64,000 nucleotides of DNA. It comes from Eledone cirrhosa. Its lineage: Eukaryota. The stretch is from NCBI GenBank assembly GCA_964016885.1, contig OZ024743.1:339574001-339638000 (forward strand), in the 5' to 3' direction. The notes beneath the pieces are model-generated. The model did no database searches and was not told where the DNA came from. It saw only the letters and a list, made by a program, of their open reading frames with translations. Of the stretch, positions 13,135-27,429 are shown piece after piece. Made by a program: the position numbers and the translations under genes. Positions within the stretch are counted from its first letter, which is position 1. Every line of letters begins with the position of its first letter.

Positions 13135-13575
13135 GCTCTAACGGTTTCGCCAATCCACCATTCTTAATTGACATTTTATTTGTCGACATTGGAAGGATAA
13201 ATAAGGAGCCAGAATAAAAACTGCAAGGGATCTCGTTTGACACTCTAATGCCTCTGATTATTTACACCCTTAAATGTTGATGTACTAAGGGAGAAAAAAC
13301 AAAACAAAAACAAAATCAAACGAAAATCAAAAACATTTTATTTACACCTAAAATACCATTGTATCTTGGTATTTTTATTGCAATTATGTTTGAGGAATGA
13401 AAGCTAGTTTCATTTAATGAGAATTTTATGATATTTTTTTGTTTTATTATTACCACCTGAAATGTTTCTAATTGTTTAGTTTGAATTGTTAAGTCGGAGA
13501 ATAGAATAAAATTTAAAATATGTATATACTACGTGTGTAATAGGACGAAAACTCGCGGCGGGGTACTTCGAAAAC

Positions 13576-14011
<436 letters not shown>

Positions 14012-14683
14012 GAAAAGAGAAACAAGAATCAGAATGAAGATTCAGAATGTTCCAGAATATTTGTGATGAGGTGTGCCTCTTGGAAACAACGCGAAAACTA
14101 CTTTACCATATGTTTTAATATTGAAAGTATTATCTAACTATCAGCACCAGATGTATTACAACGAGGAAATACACTGAAGGCAACAATAAAGAGATGTTGC
14201 CAATTTCCTTTGATTTATAAATAGTAGGTTGTAGAGAGTGTTATCTGTCGCTGTGTATTTCGTCTCGATAGGCGCCGGGGCTGTGGGGAGGCCAGTACGT
14301 TCCCACGTTCCCATTTGCTCACCATACAGAGAGATGGGGAAGGCGAGGGAGTTGGAGGCGATGACAGTGGGAGTTCGGCTCTTCCACGTTCAGACCATAT
14401 CCTTGTGGTTGTGTTGATTAATCAGTTAATGAGTCTGATTAGGAGCATGTCATAGCATTGGAATCGAATTCCACCTTCCAATTTACATTTACTTTATTAG
14501 ATTCAATTCAGCTACAAAGTTAGCCTCTACATGGTCGTTCGACCAGCTAGGAATAGTGGCCAAATTCCCCTCAATCCTCAACAAATCAGACCCGACTGTT
14601 TGTTTGTTTTTTAAGAAGAAACAGTATGTTCACAGCTGTATATCTCTTCGATCAAAGGTGATCTGGGGCCCACGTCAACGGTG

Positions 14684-14771
<88 letters not shown>

Positions 14772-14872
14772 TTGCTGCTGATGATAGCGATGATGATGAT
14801 GATGATTATTATTATGATGATGATGATAATGATGATGATGACGACGACGACGACAACGACGACGACGACGAC

Positions 14873-14918
<46 letters not shown>

Positions 14919-14959
14919 TTGATGTTGACGATGATCATTATGATGATAATAATGATGAT

Positions 14960-14994
<35 letters not shown>

Positions 14995-14995
14995 C

Positions 14996-15030
<35 letters not shown>
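14684..15030. repeat. Compound trinucleotide tract (ACT)(GCT)(GAT/GAC)
   Basis: Read directly from the sequence. Confidence 0.95.
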
Positions 15031-15031
<1 letters not shown>

Positions 15032-15037
15032 CTAGTT

Positions 15038-15181
15038 CAGGGTTTCCCAAACTTTTTCAAACGCGGAACCTGTTTTGCTTCCGAAACCTTTTGGGGGAAA
15101 GTCTAATACTGTTATACTCTTCTAACTTTTTTTCACGGAAACCCAGACACTCCTTTGAGGAACCCACTTTGGGAACCACTG
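15038..15181. mobile_element. Short hAT/Charlie-like MITE
   Basis: CAGGGTTTCCCAAA / TTTGGGAACCACTG ends, with TCTAGTT on both flanks. Confidence 0.55.
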
Positions 15182-16561
15182 GTCTAGTTATAAATTTAGA
15201 ATATCGAAATTAAGTCAATTTCGTAAAGCTCACATCCTTGTTTTTGGTTATTCGGGAAGAGAAGTAAATAGCTTAACCGAAATTAATACCTGAGTTGTCC
15301 GAAACTCAACTAAAAAAAGAACTTTTAATTCCTATTTCTTGCTTTTTTGATTCCATCATTTGAAACTATATAATTTTGAGCGAACAAGAAAACCTTTTTG
15401 CTAGAAACTGGGAACAATCTTCTGACAAAGTACACCTTACAAGGCTGTAAGGTCTACTTTGACAGGATATTTGATGATGTTTGATAACGTAATCCTAGAT
15501 ATGTTATACCGAGAGAATGAAATAGACTTGTCAATCTCTAAAAGCCCAAACGAAGAGTACCATGAAAAAAAGTGCCCCAAAGCGGCGAGAAATGAGGCAA
15601 AATGGGGAGATTTTACATAATGAAAGTTATACTCATTTTCACAAGAGAAGACATCTCTCACCTACCCCAAATTGGGTGGGAGGTCTCCCCGTCGGACGGG
15701 GAGAGTTGACAGGTCTGATGAAATGATGGGTATAGCTAGTGTTCCTTTGGTCATAAGTCTACTTAGTAAAGGTTGATGCCACATATCAATAATATAATTG
15801 TTTCTACTTTTGGCACAAGGCCAGCAAATACCCAGTACATTACTGGTACTTTATTTTATCGACCCCGTAAGGATGAAAGGGAAAGTTAACCTCGACGAGA
15901 TATGAACTCAGACCGATACTGCCAATTCACCGTGAACAAAACGAATTCGCATTTTAAAAAATGGTTTAAAACAATCTATGCTAATGAATTGCTATAATTT
16001 ATCCAATTGATCAATATTTAATTATTCAATTAAAAGAATGAGTCAAATTAACAACAAATTCAATATTTGAAATTTGCCAATGCAACTAAGACAATCAATT
16101 GAGTATTGTTTCGAGTTTAGTAAAATTTAGGATCTTCAGCTGTCACAATATTTATAGTGTTTATATTTATACTCTACAGTGAGTGCTGCAAAGTGATGAT
16201 GGTAATGTATTCCCTGTTTATCTATTAACATTACTTGTATCTCGTACATTCTATTTAGCATCATATCGAATAACTAGGAGGCGGTGAACTGCGTTATGAT
16301 GATTACTCGAAACACATGATTATATATACAGACATTACTCCTTCGAGTAATTGATGAAAGTATCTATATCATACAGCTGATTGACAAAGATAGTCACAAC
16401 ATACTACACCAATGGTTCCGAAACTTACACGATATTCCTAAAATCGTGGAACCCTATCTCTATTTTACGGACAACCCCTAATTTTGATCAGACCTTAACT
16501 GAAACAAAAATTGTTTTAGAAAAAAAATTCATGGAAAAAATAACATTAACTAAATATTATA

Positions 16562-16750
16562 GGCGGTGGATTGGCAGTATCGGTAGAGAGTCGGACGCCA
16601 TGCTTTCCAGCATAGTTACGTCCCTTTACGATCTGAGTTCAAATCCCGCCGAGGTTGACTTTGCCTTTCATCCTTACGGGGTCGATAAAATAAAGTACCA
16701 GTAATGTACTGGGTAATTGCTGGCTTTGTGCCTAAAGTAGAAACAATTAA
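16562..16750 (+). mobile_element. tRNA-derived SINE, single copy. Other dispersed or partial copies near 5730, 11850, 15800(-), 21310, 26195, 29350(-), 30230, 32465(-), 34110, 59980(-) and 61695
   Basis: Same consensus as the array copies, flanked by a TTAA.TAAATATTAT duplication. Confidence 0.9.
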
Positions 16751-17199
16751 TTAAATATTATTCAGCGGCACCTTGCCTCACGAAATTCAGAATTCTTATG
16801 AGAACGGAACACTTTGGGAACTGCACTACACTACACAAACAACCATTGGCTTACATACGTAATATTTATTCACTTTGCCTTCGCTAGTTCTATTGCAACG
16901 AGTTCTGCTTCTTCTGATGAAGCAAGCTTTCATACTAATTCTTTCCAATTCCACACAATGCATCAATATTTTCTATTCTCATCAACCTACTGACTGTGTA
17001 CTATACACTACTTCTAACTCCACTCAGAGCAGCAAGCCTATCTATCAATTTATCTTTTAATCCTTGTCATTTCCGACCGAAATAGCCTCCCATTAAATGC
17101 GTATCCATAACTTTCGTTATGTCCTCCAGGCATTTCAATGTTCATGTGCAGTGGCATCATGTGTTTCTCTTGAAGACATTTTAAAAACGAAGATGAGAT

Positions 17200-17690
17200 T
17201 TCCCATGCGTTTTAGGGGAGAACCCCATTGTTGTTGACTCGGTCAGTTCGATATTCAGATACATTTCAGGTTACAAAGGTGGACGGTGTTTGGCGGCTGC
17301 TCTTGACTGGTGTAGAGGATTTATGTCTCGGGGCCAGTAAACAGTGTGGTGGGAGACAGTCTTTGTAGACTGAAAACTTAGTTTGCGCCATTAGCTTGCT
17401 ATTCTCAGTCGTTATTCTCTGTCAGGCTGGCTAGGGTTGAAATTGCTTTTCGGATATACCTGTTAGTATGATGCTCTACAGCTAAGTCATCTGTGATGGA
17501 AGAACCAAGATAAGTGAACTCGTGGACTACTTCTAGCTCACAGTCGTTGATTGTAATGGCAAGGTACATTCAATGCCCTGGTCCGATACTTTGGTCTTCT
17601 TTAAACTGATGGTCAAATCGAAGTCATTGTAGGTTCTCAAGAAGTTGTCCAAAAGGCGTTGCAGTTGCTCCTCTGAGTATGTTGGGATTT
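17200..17690 (-). pseudogene. Decayed RTE-clade LINE RT fragment
   Basis: Minus frame gives SEEQLQRLLDNF, TISLKKTKV and LEVVHEFTYLGS. Confidence 0.65.
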
Positions 17691-18439
17691 GGGATATACT
17701 CTTTCGGCGATTTTCTGCAGCATGTTCAAGACCACACGGGCGAAAGATTTCCCACAGAGGCTCAGTAATCAGATATCTATCTTAAGTTGTTACAGTCACT
17801 TCTCTCTTTGTTTTTATTCAAAATGCAATTTTACAGTTTTTTAGGTCTTGCGGTACTGCTCACCTTTTCCAGCACCGGGGCAGTAATTCGTGTAGAGTTG
17901 ATTTAACGGTGCCTTTTGTACACCTTATAACCTCTGGTGAAGTGCCATCTAACTCCTGTGACTTGTCTGTAGGAAGACTGTCAATGAATTTACTCAACTG
18001 CAACTCTTGAACAGACAGTAATGCATCCAGTTATTCCATGACAGACAGGCACTTAGTAAGTTCGAAAATTTGAGCGTCACACACGACGTTTGTTTATATT
18101 TTCAAGAGCTATTTGATTCAGTTCCATATTTACATGGCAAGATGTTGTCAAGGATCCTTGGCTCAATGTTTAGAGCACCTAGCCGGTATCTGGGGTATAC
18201 GGAGTTCGATTCTTCGTTGCGGCCACTGCCAGCGTTTATAAGCTATTTTATTTATAGCAACTGACTGTTATTGCAGTTATTTTCTGCGCCTGAGCTTCCT
18301 ACATCTTATCAGGATGTTAAAAAATGTATGCATGTTTTTAAACATTAACTTTAAAACGGCATATCTCGGTATAGAATATGCTTTATTGATCAAAATAGAA
18401 ACCATTAGAATCTACACATTTTTGCCAACAAGACACAAT

Positions 18440-19100
18440 TCGAAAATTCTAGAGACGATGTATGGCCGAGCGTTGTCGTGCAAGGGGATTGGACCTTTTC
18501 TATTGATCAATGTTAAACACATACGCTACAATATTTGATGAACTTCATCGATTTCATGACAATACTTCTTTACTGTGATTATTTCGCCAGGATTCAGAAA
18601 ACCGTAGTGGATTATTCCAGTTACAGAACACCAAACATTCCCTCAAACCTTCTTTTGGTGCAACTTCGGGTTTTGGAAGTGTTTAGAGAAGTTTCATCAT
18701 TTTGTTGAATGTTATTGGTTGTTTTATAGGATCCACTTTCCATTGTCCGTCACAATGTGATCAAGAAATGGGTCATTTTTGTTGCGCAAATGAAGTGAAG
18801 AGTAGACATCACAACGGCGATTTTTTTCTGGTTTTCGTTCAATTTCTGTGGCACCCATTGTTTAAGCTACTATCACTTTCCAATTCTGTTCACATTTTAA
18901 AAATTGTGGCAGTGCTTACATCCAGCGGGAATGTGCTTCCGCCAAAGTCTTCAAGTCATCGTCGAGAATAGTGAATTCATCACAACGAACATTTTGAAAT
19001 CAACATTCCACTGTGCATTAATTGACATTTCATTGACCCAAAGTTTCATGGCAAGTTTCTGGCCGTTTGTGTTGCTTTGTAGCCGAGTTTAAACTCATAA
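18440..19100 (-). pseudogene. Decayed mariner-type transposase
   Basis: Minus frame gives FLDHIVTDNGKWIL, HFQNPKLHQKKV and GIIHYGFLNPGEIIT. Confidence 0.7.
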
Positions 19101-20483
19101 AGATAAATTGTGCAAAAATCTTGTTTTGACATCTTAACATGAAAGATCTGAAAATTGATAAAAATGCAATATATATTTAAAATAAATTATATTAAAATAA
19201 ATAAAAGAAAATAAGCATTAAAATTATACATATTTTTACACACCTTGTATAAGTTTTTATTCTTAAAAAAATGTCAAAACAAATAAAAACAAAATATACA
19301 TTAATTTCCGAACAACTTAATATTAATTAATATCTTACCGAAACTAATGAAATACATGATATACTGAGACCAATGCAATCAATTATACAAAGGCCTTATA
19401 AAAAATAATACAACAAATCTTACTTTTCGGCGAGTAACCAATAAAATCCATTCAGATTTTCAGATTTTCAGAAACAAATTTAATTATATGTGCAAGCAAG
19501 ATTGTGGTTAAGCAGTTCACTTTGCAATCGTATGGATCTGGGTTATATTCCACAGCGGGACATCTTAGGAAAATATCTTCTACAATAGACTTAGACTTAG
19601 AGTAAAACAGAGTAGACAGAAACTGTACGAAAGCCCGACAGAAGAACTGTATTCTGCCTGTCCTTGGATGTTAATTTTAATCTACCACGTGGTTAAAAGT
19701 TGCTATCTGGCTATTGGGAGGTCTTTAACAGAGTCCACTCCGTTGCAAACATTCGTACTAGTTACATGTCTGAGGATAACTTGACATCTTGGTACGCTGC
19801 TTCCTAATTCAGCAACCTACAAGTCACTCTTTCTACCCAGCTGTCTAGTATTCTCTGTAAATATCGTGGATGCTGTCCATCCGATTGCAACTAAGCCGTC
19901 AAAAAGATTATTAACATAGGTCTTCTGCAAAGTATAAAAATGATGTGCTTAATTAACATTCTGCTTAAATTATTTATAGGAAATATTTTACACGGAATAG
20001 ACTCAACAAAGCATAATAATCTATTTGAGAAAGTGATATAATATATTGAAGATTATCGCTGCATTGCTAAATTGCATTTAAAGTCAATTTAAATCATTGG
20101 AATGTTAGTAGTTATTTGCTTGCAGAGGTAGCCATGACTCAGAAGAAGCCAACTTGCCAACATTGCTGTTACTCCCAGATCAACTTTCCTTTTTTGAAAT
20201 TTCAATCAGGGATAGAGAATATAATGAACTTGTGTGTGGATAAGAGAGTGAGATTGAGTGAGTGAGTGAATGAGAGAAAGATACGGAGGAAGAAAGACAG
20301 ACAAAGAGGCAGATACAGACAGACATAATAGTGAATTATAAGGTAAAAAGGAAGGTAAGATGAAATAGGGAATGTAATACAGTAAGAGAGTGAATATAAT
20401 AAATTATGAAATAGCGGGAGAGAGGCAGAGGGAAAATACGAAATGTACAATATAAATATATACATAAACATACAACATATACA

Positions 20484-20514
<31 letters not shown>

Positions 20515-20944
20515 GGGAGAAAAAAACACGAAAACGTTTGTATATGTAAGATTGTAAAATAAGTTGAGATATGGCGCGGGGCAAATTCCATGCTTAAAAT
20601 AACTTCGTTTTAATGTAAAAGATACTCGTGAAAAAACACTTTTAAATATGTTCTCAATATTTTTCATGAAAAATGTCTGGTTGTCTAGGTGTCAGACAAT
20701 TTTTTGTATATGTGTAGGTAAGGCATAATAGTATATTAAACACTAAGTGAACCAAGGTTACAACATGGTTTCGCTTCCAATTGAAGTCCATTTAATGTGA
20801 CTTGAATCACTGCGTTCATCGCTAATTGTATCAGGAAAAACTTGAATCACAAATCTTTTCTTTCTGCCTCCATTAAATAGCTTCACGTCAATGTAAGACC
20901 CATATACACACACACACACACACACACATACACACACACACACA

Positions 20945-21052
<108 letters not shown>

Positions 21053-21494
21053 TGAGAATGAAGGAATCCCTATGTGGTCGCTTGACTTGCTACAAATAAC
21101 AGCCGAATCTATAAATGATAGAGCAGATATTAGATATGGTCTTAGATACAATACACCTGAAAACAAAAACGACAATATAGCTGAAGACAAAAATGACTAG
21201 AATGTAGTTCATCAAGGCCAAGTTGAAGCTAAGCAACTAATGTATGCATGATCCTGTAACTTCTGATGTAGTCATACGAACGCCGTATTGATATACAGCG
21301 TTTCTAGGGTGGATTGGCAGTATCGGTAGAGGGTCGGACGCCATGCTTTGAAGCATAGAGTTACCTCCCTTTATGATCTGAGTTCAAATCCCGCCGAGGT
21401 TAACTTTTCATTTCATCCTTACAGGGTCGTTAAAATAAAGTACCAGTAATACACTGGCATAATTGCTGGCATTGTGCCAAAAGTAGAAACAATT

Positions 21495-21690
21495 ATTTAT
21501 ATCAATGACATTAATGACATTATCGACGTCACCAAGCACATCAACATAAGAACCTTTGCAGATGATTCCAAGCTCCAGAAGGTCATCATTAGGGTAGGAG
21601 GCTAGACATGCTTTCAATCAGATCTAGTTGGTGTTATCCGATAGTTGGAAGAAAACAATGCTACTGAACGAGGATAAATTAGATCTAATA
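21495..21690 (+). pseudogene. CR1/L2-type RT fragment
   Basis: IYINDI...IRTFADDSKLQK...MLLNEDK. Confidence 0.6.
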
Positions 21691-21694
21691 TATA

Positions 21695-21802
<108 letters not shown>

Positions 21803-21803
21803 A

Positions 21804-21898
<95 letters not shown>

Positions 21899-21925
21899 GA
21901 TGTGACACACTAATTGTGATATATT

Positions 21926-22257
21926 AGTAAAAAGGAAAAGAAAATGCTGACGAATTTTTCCCAGTGAAAAATAGTTTAATTAGGAGTAAGTATAAATTAG
22001 TAATAAGTATTAGTTAGTATTCAGTTTTAGTTTTAAGTTTTACCGGTTGAGGATTTTGAGATAGAGTGCTCGATCTAGCAAAAATCACGAGCACTCTATC
22101 TCAAAATTATTTTTGAAAAGCATAAGAAATGCGCAACCGGTAAAACTTAAAACTAAAACTGAATACTAACTAATACTTATTACTAATTTATACTTATTCC
22201 TAATTATACTATTTTTCACTGGGAAAAATTTGTCAGCACTTCCTTTTCCTTTTTACT
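21926..22257. repeat. Fold-back element: arms of about 120 bp plus an inner 20-bp hairpin
   Basis: 21926-22048 is inverted at 22134-22257. Inner hairpin ATTTTGAGATAGAGTGCTCG / CGAGCACTCTATCTCAAAAT. Confidence 0.88.
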
Positions 22258-23414
22258 TATGTCTAGCCCTATCTAAGCTATTCCATGATTTGCTCCTGTA
22301 TAGTGGGCAAATTCCTTTCATGTCCAGTTCTATGAGGGTCTTATACTTTTCCATGGCTCCTTCGTATACTCTGACTCTGTCTCTTTGGTTGTAGCCAGAG
22401 AACTGCATGCGGTTGATGAAGTGTTGGATGTGTCCTTCCATTTCTGTTGGGTCGCACATGCTGGACACATTCTTCATCACTCGTACCAAATCTGCGATCA
22501 GAATATTAAACTTAGCACTACTGGACATTGCTGAGTTTTTGAGTATCAGGTATTTGGAGGCCATGGGTTTAGCATAGTGTGAGTGGAGAATTTGGGCTCT
22601 CTCGTCTATAGTGTTAATCCAGAGTTCTGTGTCTAATACAGGTAGTCTATTGTTAGGGTATTTGGAAGGGAAGTCTATAGTTACAGTTATACTCTGGTGT
22701 ATGGAATTAGCTATCTGCTGGATGCTTTCCATCGTGCTACGTTCTAAATCAAACTTGTTAGTGCTCTCTAGTGGGGGTGTTCTTATAACTATATTGATAT
22801 CGTCTACATAACGAGAGTACATGATGAGGTCTATGGAGCTTTCATTAAGGAGATCTTTAAGTCTCCTTTCCCACCATACCATGAAAAGGTTGGCAACATC
22901 ACCAGCTATGCTGACGCCGATGGCTGCTCCCTCATTTTGGGTGTAGATTTTCTCATTGAACTTAAATATGTGGCCCTTTAGGGTAGTTTTGATACTAGCC
23001 CCTATTGCATGTGCGACCATTTTTCTTACCTGGTCAGTGTTTTGGGGGGTCCGTATAGCTTTGGTCCACCCAATCCACCTTCCTATGGGGGTCTTTTTAG
23101 CCATTGAGGTTATGGTGGGGGGTCTACCTCTTATAGGTCTACTAGGGCAGAAACATCTAAGGTCATGGCTGTCTAGGTAGTCAGTGTCGTAGGTAAGTCT
23201 AAGTAGGAGGCCCAGTTCGTCTGTGTCGACGTCGCAGAACTCCACCTCACTCTCAATGATCATCTCCACACATCTTTTCACAGCAAAATCAATGTTAATG
23301 GATGGGTATAGTGACACCACATCCATGCTGCCTATTATGCAGTTGGATAGGCTCCTGTTTTTGTTGCACTCACTGATTCTGCTGAGGAGGTCCTCTGTAC
23401 TTTCACATGTATGT
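22253..23414 (-). mobile_element. Penelope-like RT segment, inverted relative to the rest of the element
   Basis: Motifs SMDVVSLYPSI, YTQNEGAAIG, YSRYVDDI, LPVLD and MQFSGY. Confidence 0.92.
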
Positions 23415-23475
23415 GATTGGGTGGACCAAAGCTATACGGACACCCCAAAACACTGATCAGGTAAGAAAAATGGTC

Positions 23476-24607
23476 ATGTTTGTGTCATGTTTGTGGACGC
23501 CACCCCTGGAGGGAAATTAGCTAACCAGTGTAGAAAGGCCCTGAGAAAGACCCACTTAAAAATAAAGGTGGTAGAAAAGCCAGGAACCACCATAAAATCC
23601 CTGATCAGCAAAACCTACCCTTTTAAGAAAACCCACTGTACCAATAGGAAATGTATCATATGTAAGGTGAACCCCCGGATAAACTGTAAAACTAGAAACG
23701 TAGTCTATAGCATAAGATGTACAGAGGGTACTTGCAGAAACATGACAACAACATACATAGGTGAGACAGCTCGTAGCATAGGTGAAAGGATAGACCAACA
23801 CTGGGGGGAACTAAAAGGACGAAAAAACGGGTCAGTACTATACGAACATGCTAGACAACAACATGACGGTAACATAGACAACATAGAAATTAGAATAATA
23901 TCTAAACATAGGAATGACCCAGCAGATAGGCAAATCAGAGAGGCCAGTGAAATAGAAATTAGAAGACCAAAGCTAAACAGAAAGAATGAGTGGAACAACA
24001 ACAACACCCAAACAAACAACACTGACCTAAGAGAAGTATAAATAAGTAAATAACATTAAATAAAATAAGATAAATAAATACATACACAAGCACATAAACA
24101 CACACTAGTCACCCAGCAGACACAACACTATACACACTAGTCACACATCACACATCACACTATACACACACGCAAACGCATGCGCAAAGAAGACAAAATA
24201 AAATAAGATAAACAAACAAGCAAATAAATAAATAAATATATAGACAGACTGAACAAAAAAAAAATGGCGTAGACATACAACACAACAGGAGGAACAATGA
24301 ATATAACACCACTGACGATGTTGCAGATGTGCAACGAAAGATTTATGTAAATTATGTAAACTATATATATGTGTTTGTGTCTATATTGTATCTGTATTAT
24401 TTTTGACCGCCGGTCAGTCAATGGCAACATTGAGGACCGAGTAAGTTAGATCGCAGATATATATATATAAAAGACAGCGAGAAGCGAAAACCAACCAAAC
24501 AGTGAGTGTGTTCTGTTATTAATTCTGGCAATATTACGCAAATATGACCCTCCCCAAATATAACAATATCTGTTTCGACACACGATTTCATATAAAAAAC
24601 CTCGCAA

Positions 24608-24611
<4 letters not shown>
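23476..24611 (+). mobile_element. Penelope-like (Neptune-like) 3' segment: Cys-rich linker and GIY-YIG endonuclease (23487..24041), pseudo-LTR, and first codons of the next ORF
   Basis: Motifs CTNRKCIIC, NVVYSIRC, YIGETARS..ERI.QH and EA.EI....PKLNRKNEW. Ends at [13 protein letters not shown] running into (TA)n. Confidence 0.9.
24305..24376 (+). ncRNA. Candidate hammerhead core in the PLE pseudo-LTR
   Basis: CTGACGA-t-GTTGC(agatgt)GCAAC-GAAA at 24312-24339. Stems I and III are imperfect, but the position matches the motif at 63094. Confidence 0.55.
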
Positions 24612-24670
<59 letters not shown>

Positions 24671-24673
24671 TAA

Positions 24674-24704
<31 letters not shown>

Positions 24705-24733
24705 CATATATATACATATATATACATATATAA

Positions 24734-24794
<61 letters not shown>

Positions 24795-24797
24795 TAA

Positions 24798-24862
<65 letters not shown>

Positions 24863-24941
24863 ATGATAAACTTAGTAAAATCAACAGAGGACAAGACAAC
24901 GAACGAGAACAAGGCAAAAAGAAAAACTTTTTTTAAAAGGG

Positions 24942-25018
<77 letters not shown>

Positions 25019-25069
25019 TGTGTGTATTTTTATTTTCAAAAAATAATTATTTAAGGTTTCCCCTTTAAA

Positions 25070-25144
<75 letters not shown>

Positions 25145-25604
25145 TACATACCCACACTAGTAAATATATTCACATACATAACTACACTTGTATTATGTCT
25201 AGCTATTTAAAGATATAAGGATGTTAATATGTGTGTGTGTGCGCGCGCGCGCTTACGCCTGGTTGGTGCTGGGTGAAATGGTAGAAAAGCCGAGTTTAGG
25301 AAGTAGCTGTTCACTGAATGAAGAATAGTGAAATTATGTTATTCTGTTACACTGCAACTGCTTCTAATAGCTGGCATTAGTTCTGTTGTCAGGAATGTAC
25401 ATGAGGTAACCACCACATTCCAAGAATGGTATCACAGTTTATGTATGTAGAGGATTTTTCTAGTTTGATTCTAGTGTGCCTTTATAGGAAATTTAATTAC
25501 ATATTCTTTTATGGTTTACTAAATGGTGCAGTACACATCAACTTTTCAGGGCTTTGTAATCTACTACATATGGATAACTGAATAACGTAGTCTTATTATA
25601 AATA

Positions 25605-26186
25605 CTAGCTGAACCCGTGAAAAAATTCACGGATAATCCCGTCTCTCTATATTATATCCCCCTCTCTCTAAATATATTAAACCCCCCTCTCTATATATAA
25701 ACCCACTCCTTTCTCTATATATTAAAACCACACTCTCTATATATTATAACACCACTCTCTCTATATATATATATATATATTTAACCCCCTCTCTCTATAT
25801 ATATTTTAACCCTCTTTTCTCTATATTATAACCCCCTCTTTCTATATTATAACCCCTGCTCTCTATATATTATAACCCATCCCCTTCTCTATATTATAAA
25901 CTTTTCTCTTTAAATATAGTATAACCCCCTTTCTCTATATATTATAACCCCCTCTATATATATATATAATAACCCACCCCTTTCTCTATATTATAACCTC
26001 CTCTCTCTAAATATATTATAACCCCCTCTCTCTCTCTCTCCTTTCCATACGTTGCAACGCTCTTTGATTTTCTTTGGCCGTAGATTGTCGTAGATTGTTT
26101 ACCACCCCACTTCCATTGTTTTACTGAAAGCGTGACACACACGGTCGGACGTACGGTACGTAGGTATTAGCGTATTAATATTTAGA
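25605..26186 (-). mobile_element. Non-autonomous Helitron with an internal minisatellite
   Basis: The minus strand begins TCTAAATATTAATA and ends with hairpin CCGTGAA-TTTT-TTCACGG then CTAG, inserted between A and T. Internal CTCTATATATTATAACCCC repeats. Confidence 0.7.
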
Positions 26187-26459
26187 TTGTCAGGGCGGTA
26201 GATTGACGGAAGCATTAGAGCCTCGGACAAAATGCTCTGCAGCATTTAGTTCCGGTATTTTTACATTCTACGTTCAAATCCGAGATCAACTTCACCTTTC
26301 GTCTTTCCGTGATCGATAAAATAAAATACCAGTCAAGTACTGGGGTAGGTTTAATCGATTTTCTCCCTTCCCTCAAATTGCTGGCTTTGAGTCCAAAGCA
26401 GAAATCATAAAATCTGCGTCGTATATTTGGCAAAAACTTTCATTTTAAAAAACCAAAGT

Positions 26460-26877
26460 CCTTCGGAGGAACCGAATGGTATTTAGATAAACGTTACTCG
26501 ATAGAGTACGTAATTCCGAGATCAGACAGTCACTCCAGGTAGAGCTGCTACTTCTCGGAATTGAGAGGTCACAGCTCCGATACTACGGACATGTTGTTAG
26601 AATGTTTACCGACAGGAAACCCAGGGTTAGACCACCAGCATGATGGTTGGATAACATCCATGAGCTCGGTTGGACTCGCTTGGAGATTCATCCGGATTGT
26701 TTAGAGACGATTACTTCGAATAGGACCCTCTGGGGGGTGCATTTGGGGACTCTATCCCCACGACCTTCAGGAACAAGAGGTTGAAGGAGGAGAAGAAGAA
26801 GAAGAAGAAGAAGAAGAAGAAGAAGAAGAAGAAGAAGAAGAAGAAGAAGAAGAAGAAGAAGAAGAAGAAGAAGAAGA
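26460..26877 (+). mobile_element. RTE LINE 3' fragment with a (GAA)n tail
   Basis: Similar to 57640-57960 (CTACTTCTC..AATTGAGAG.TCACA.C.CCGATACTACGG.CATGT, GTTGGATAACATCCATGAGCTCGG). Confidence 0.65.
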
Positions 26878-27429
26878 CTTAAAGATAGAATTTTTGTTTA
26901 CTATTTGTTTGGATATTATAAGAGGATCTAAGTGGTCAATTCCCTGTATTACATATATGAGACCCTATCGTATGTGTGAGTGTTTAGTCTGCAGAGTGTT
27001 CCCCAGAAGTATTTTTCCTCAGTCATACCGTTGCTATTTATATTAGAAATGTTGCATAACTTATTAAATTCAGATCAAGTTTTTGGATTGGTCTTGGCAA
27101 TAATAAGTCAAATTGATGAGCTATGCTGTTGCTCACACATATAGAAATAACAGTCATATCTTCCTCACATCACACCATACCGTCTTAAATAAGGAAAGGG
27201 TGCATTAGATAATGTAGTGCCAGATACATCTAAAAAGTGCGATGGTCATGGCTGGAATGCCTTTAATCACATGCCTGCTTGGTCTGAGTTAACCTAAGGT
27301 TAAACAACAACAGCATAACAATAACAACAACAATATCTATAAAATTACTCGTACGTACTTTAAATTTACCTTTTTAGTTTTTCCATCACTACTTGGATAT
27401 GCAAATGAGTATTATGTTTATAATTATTA

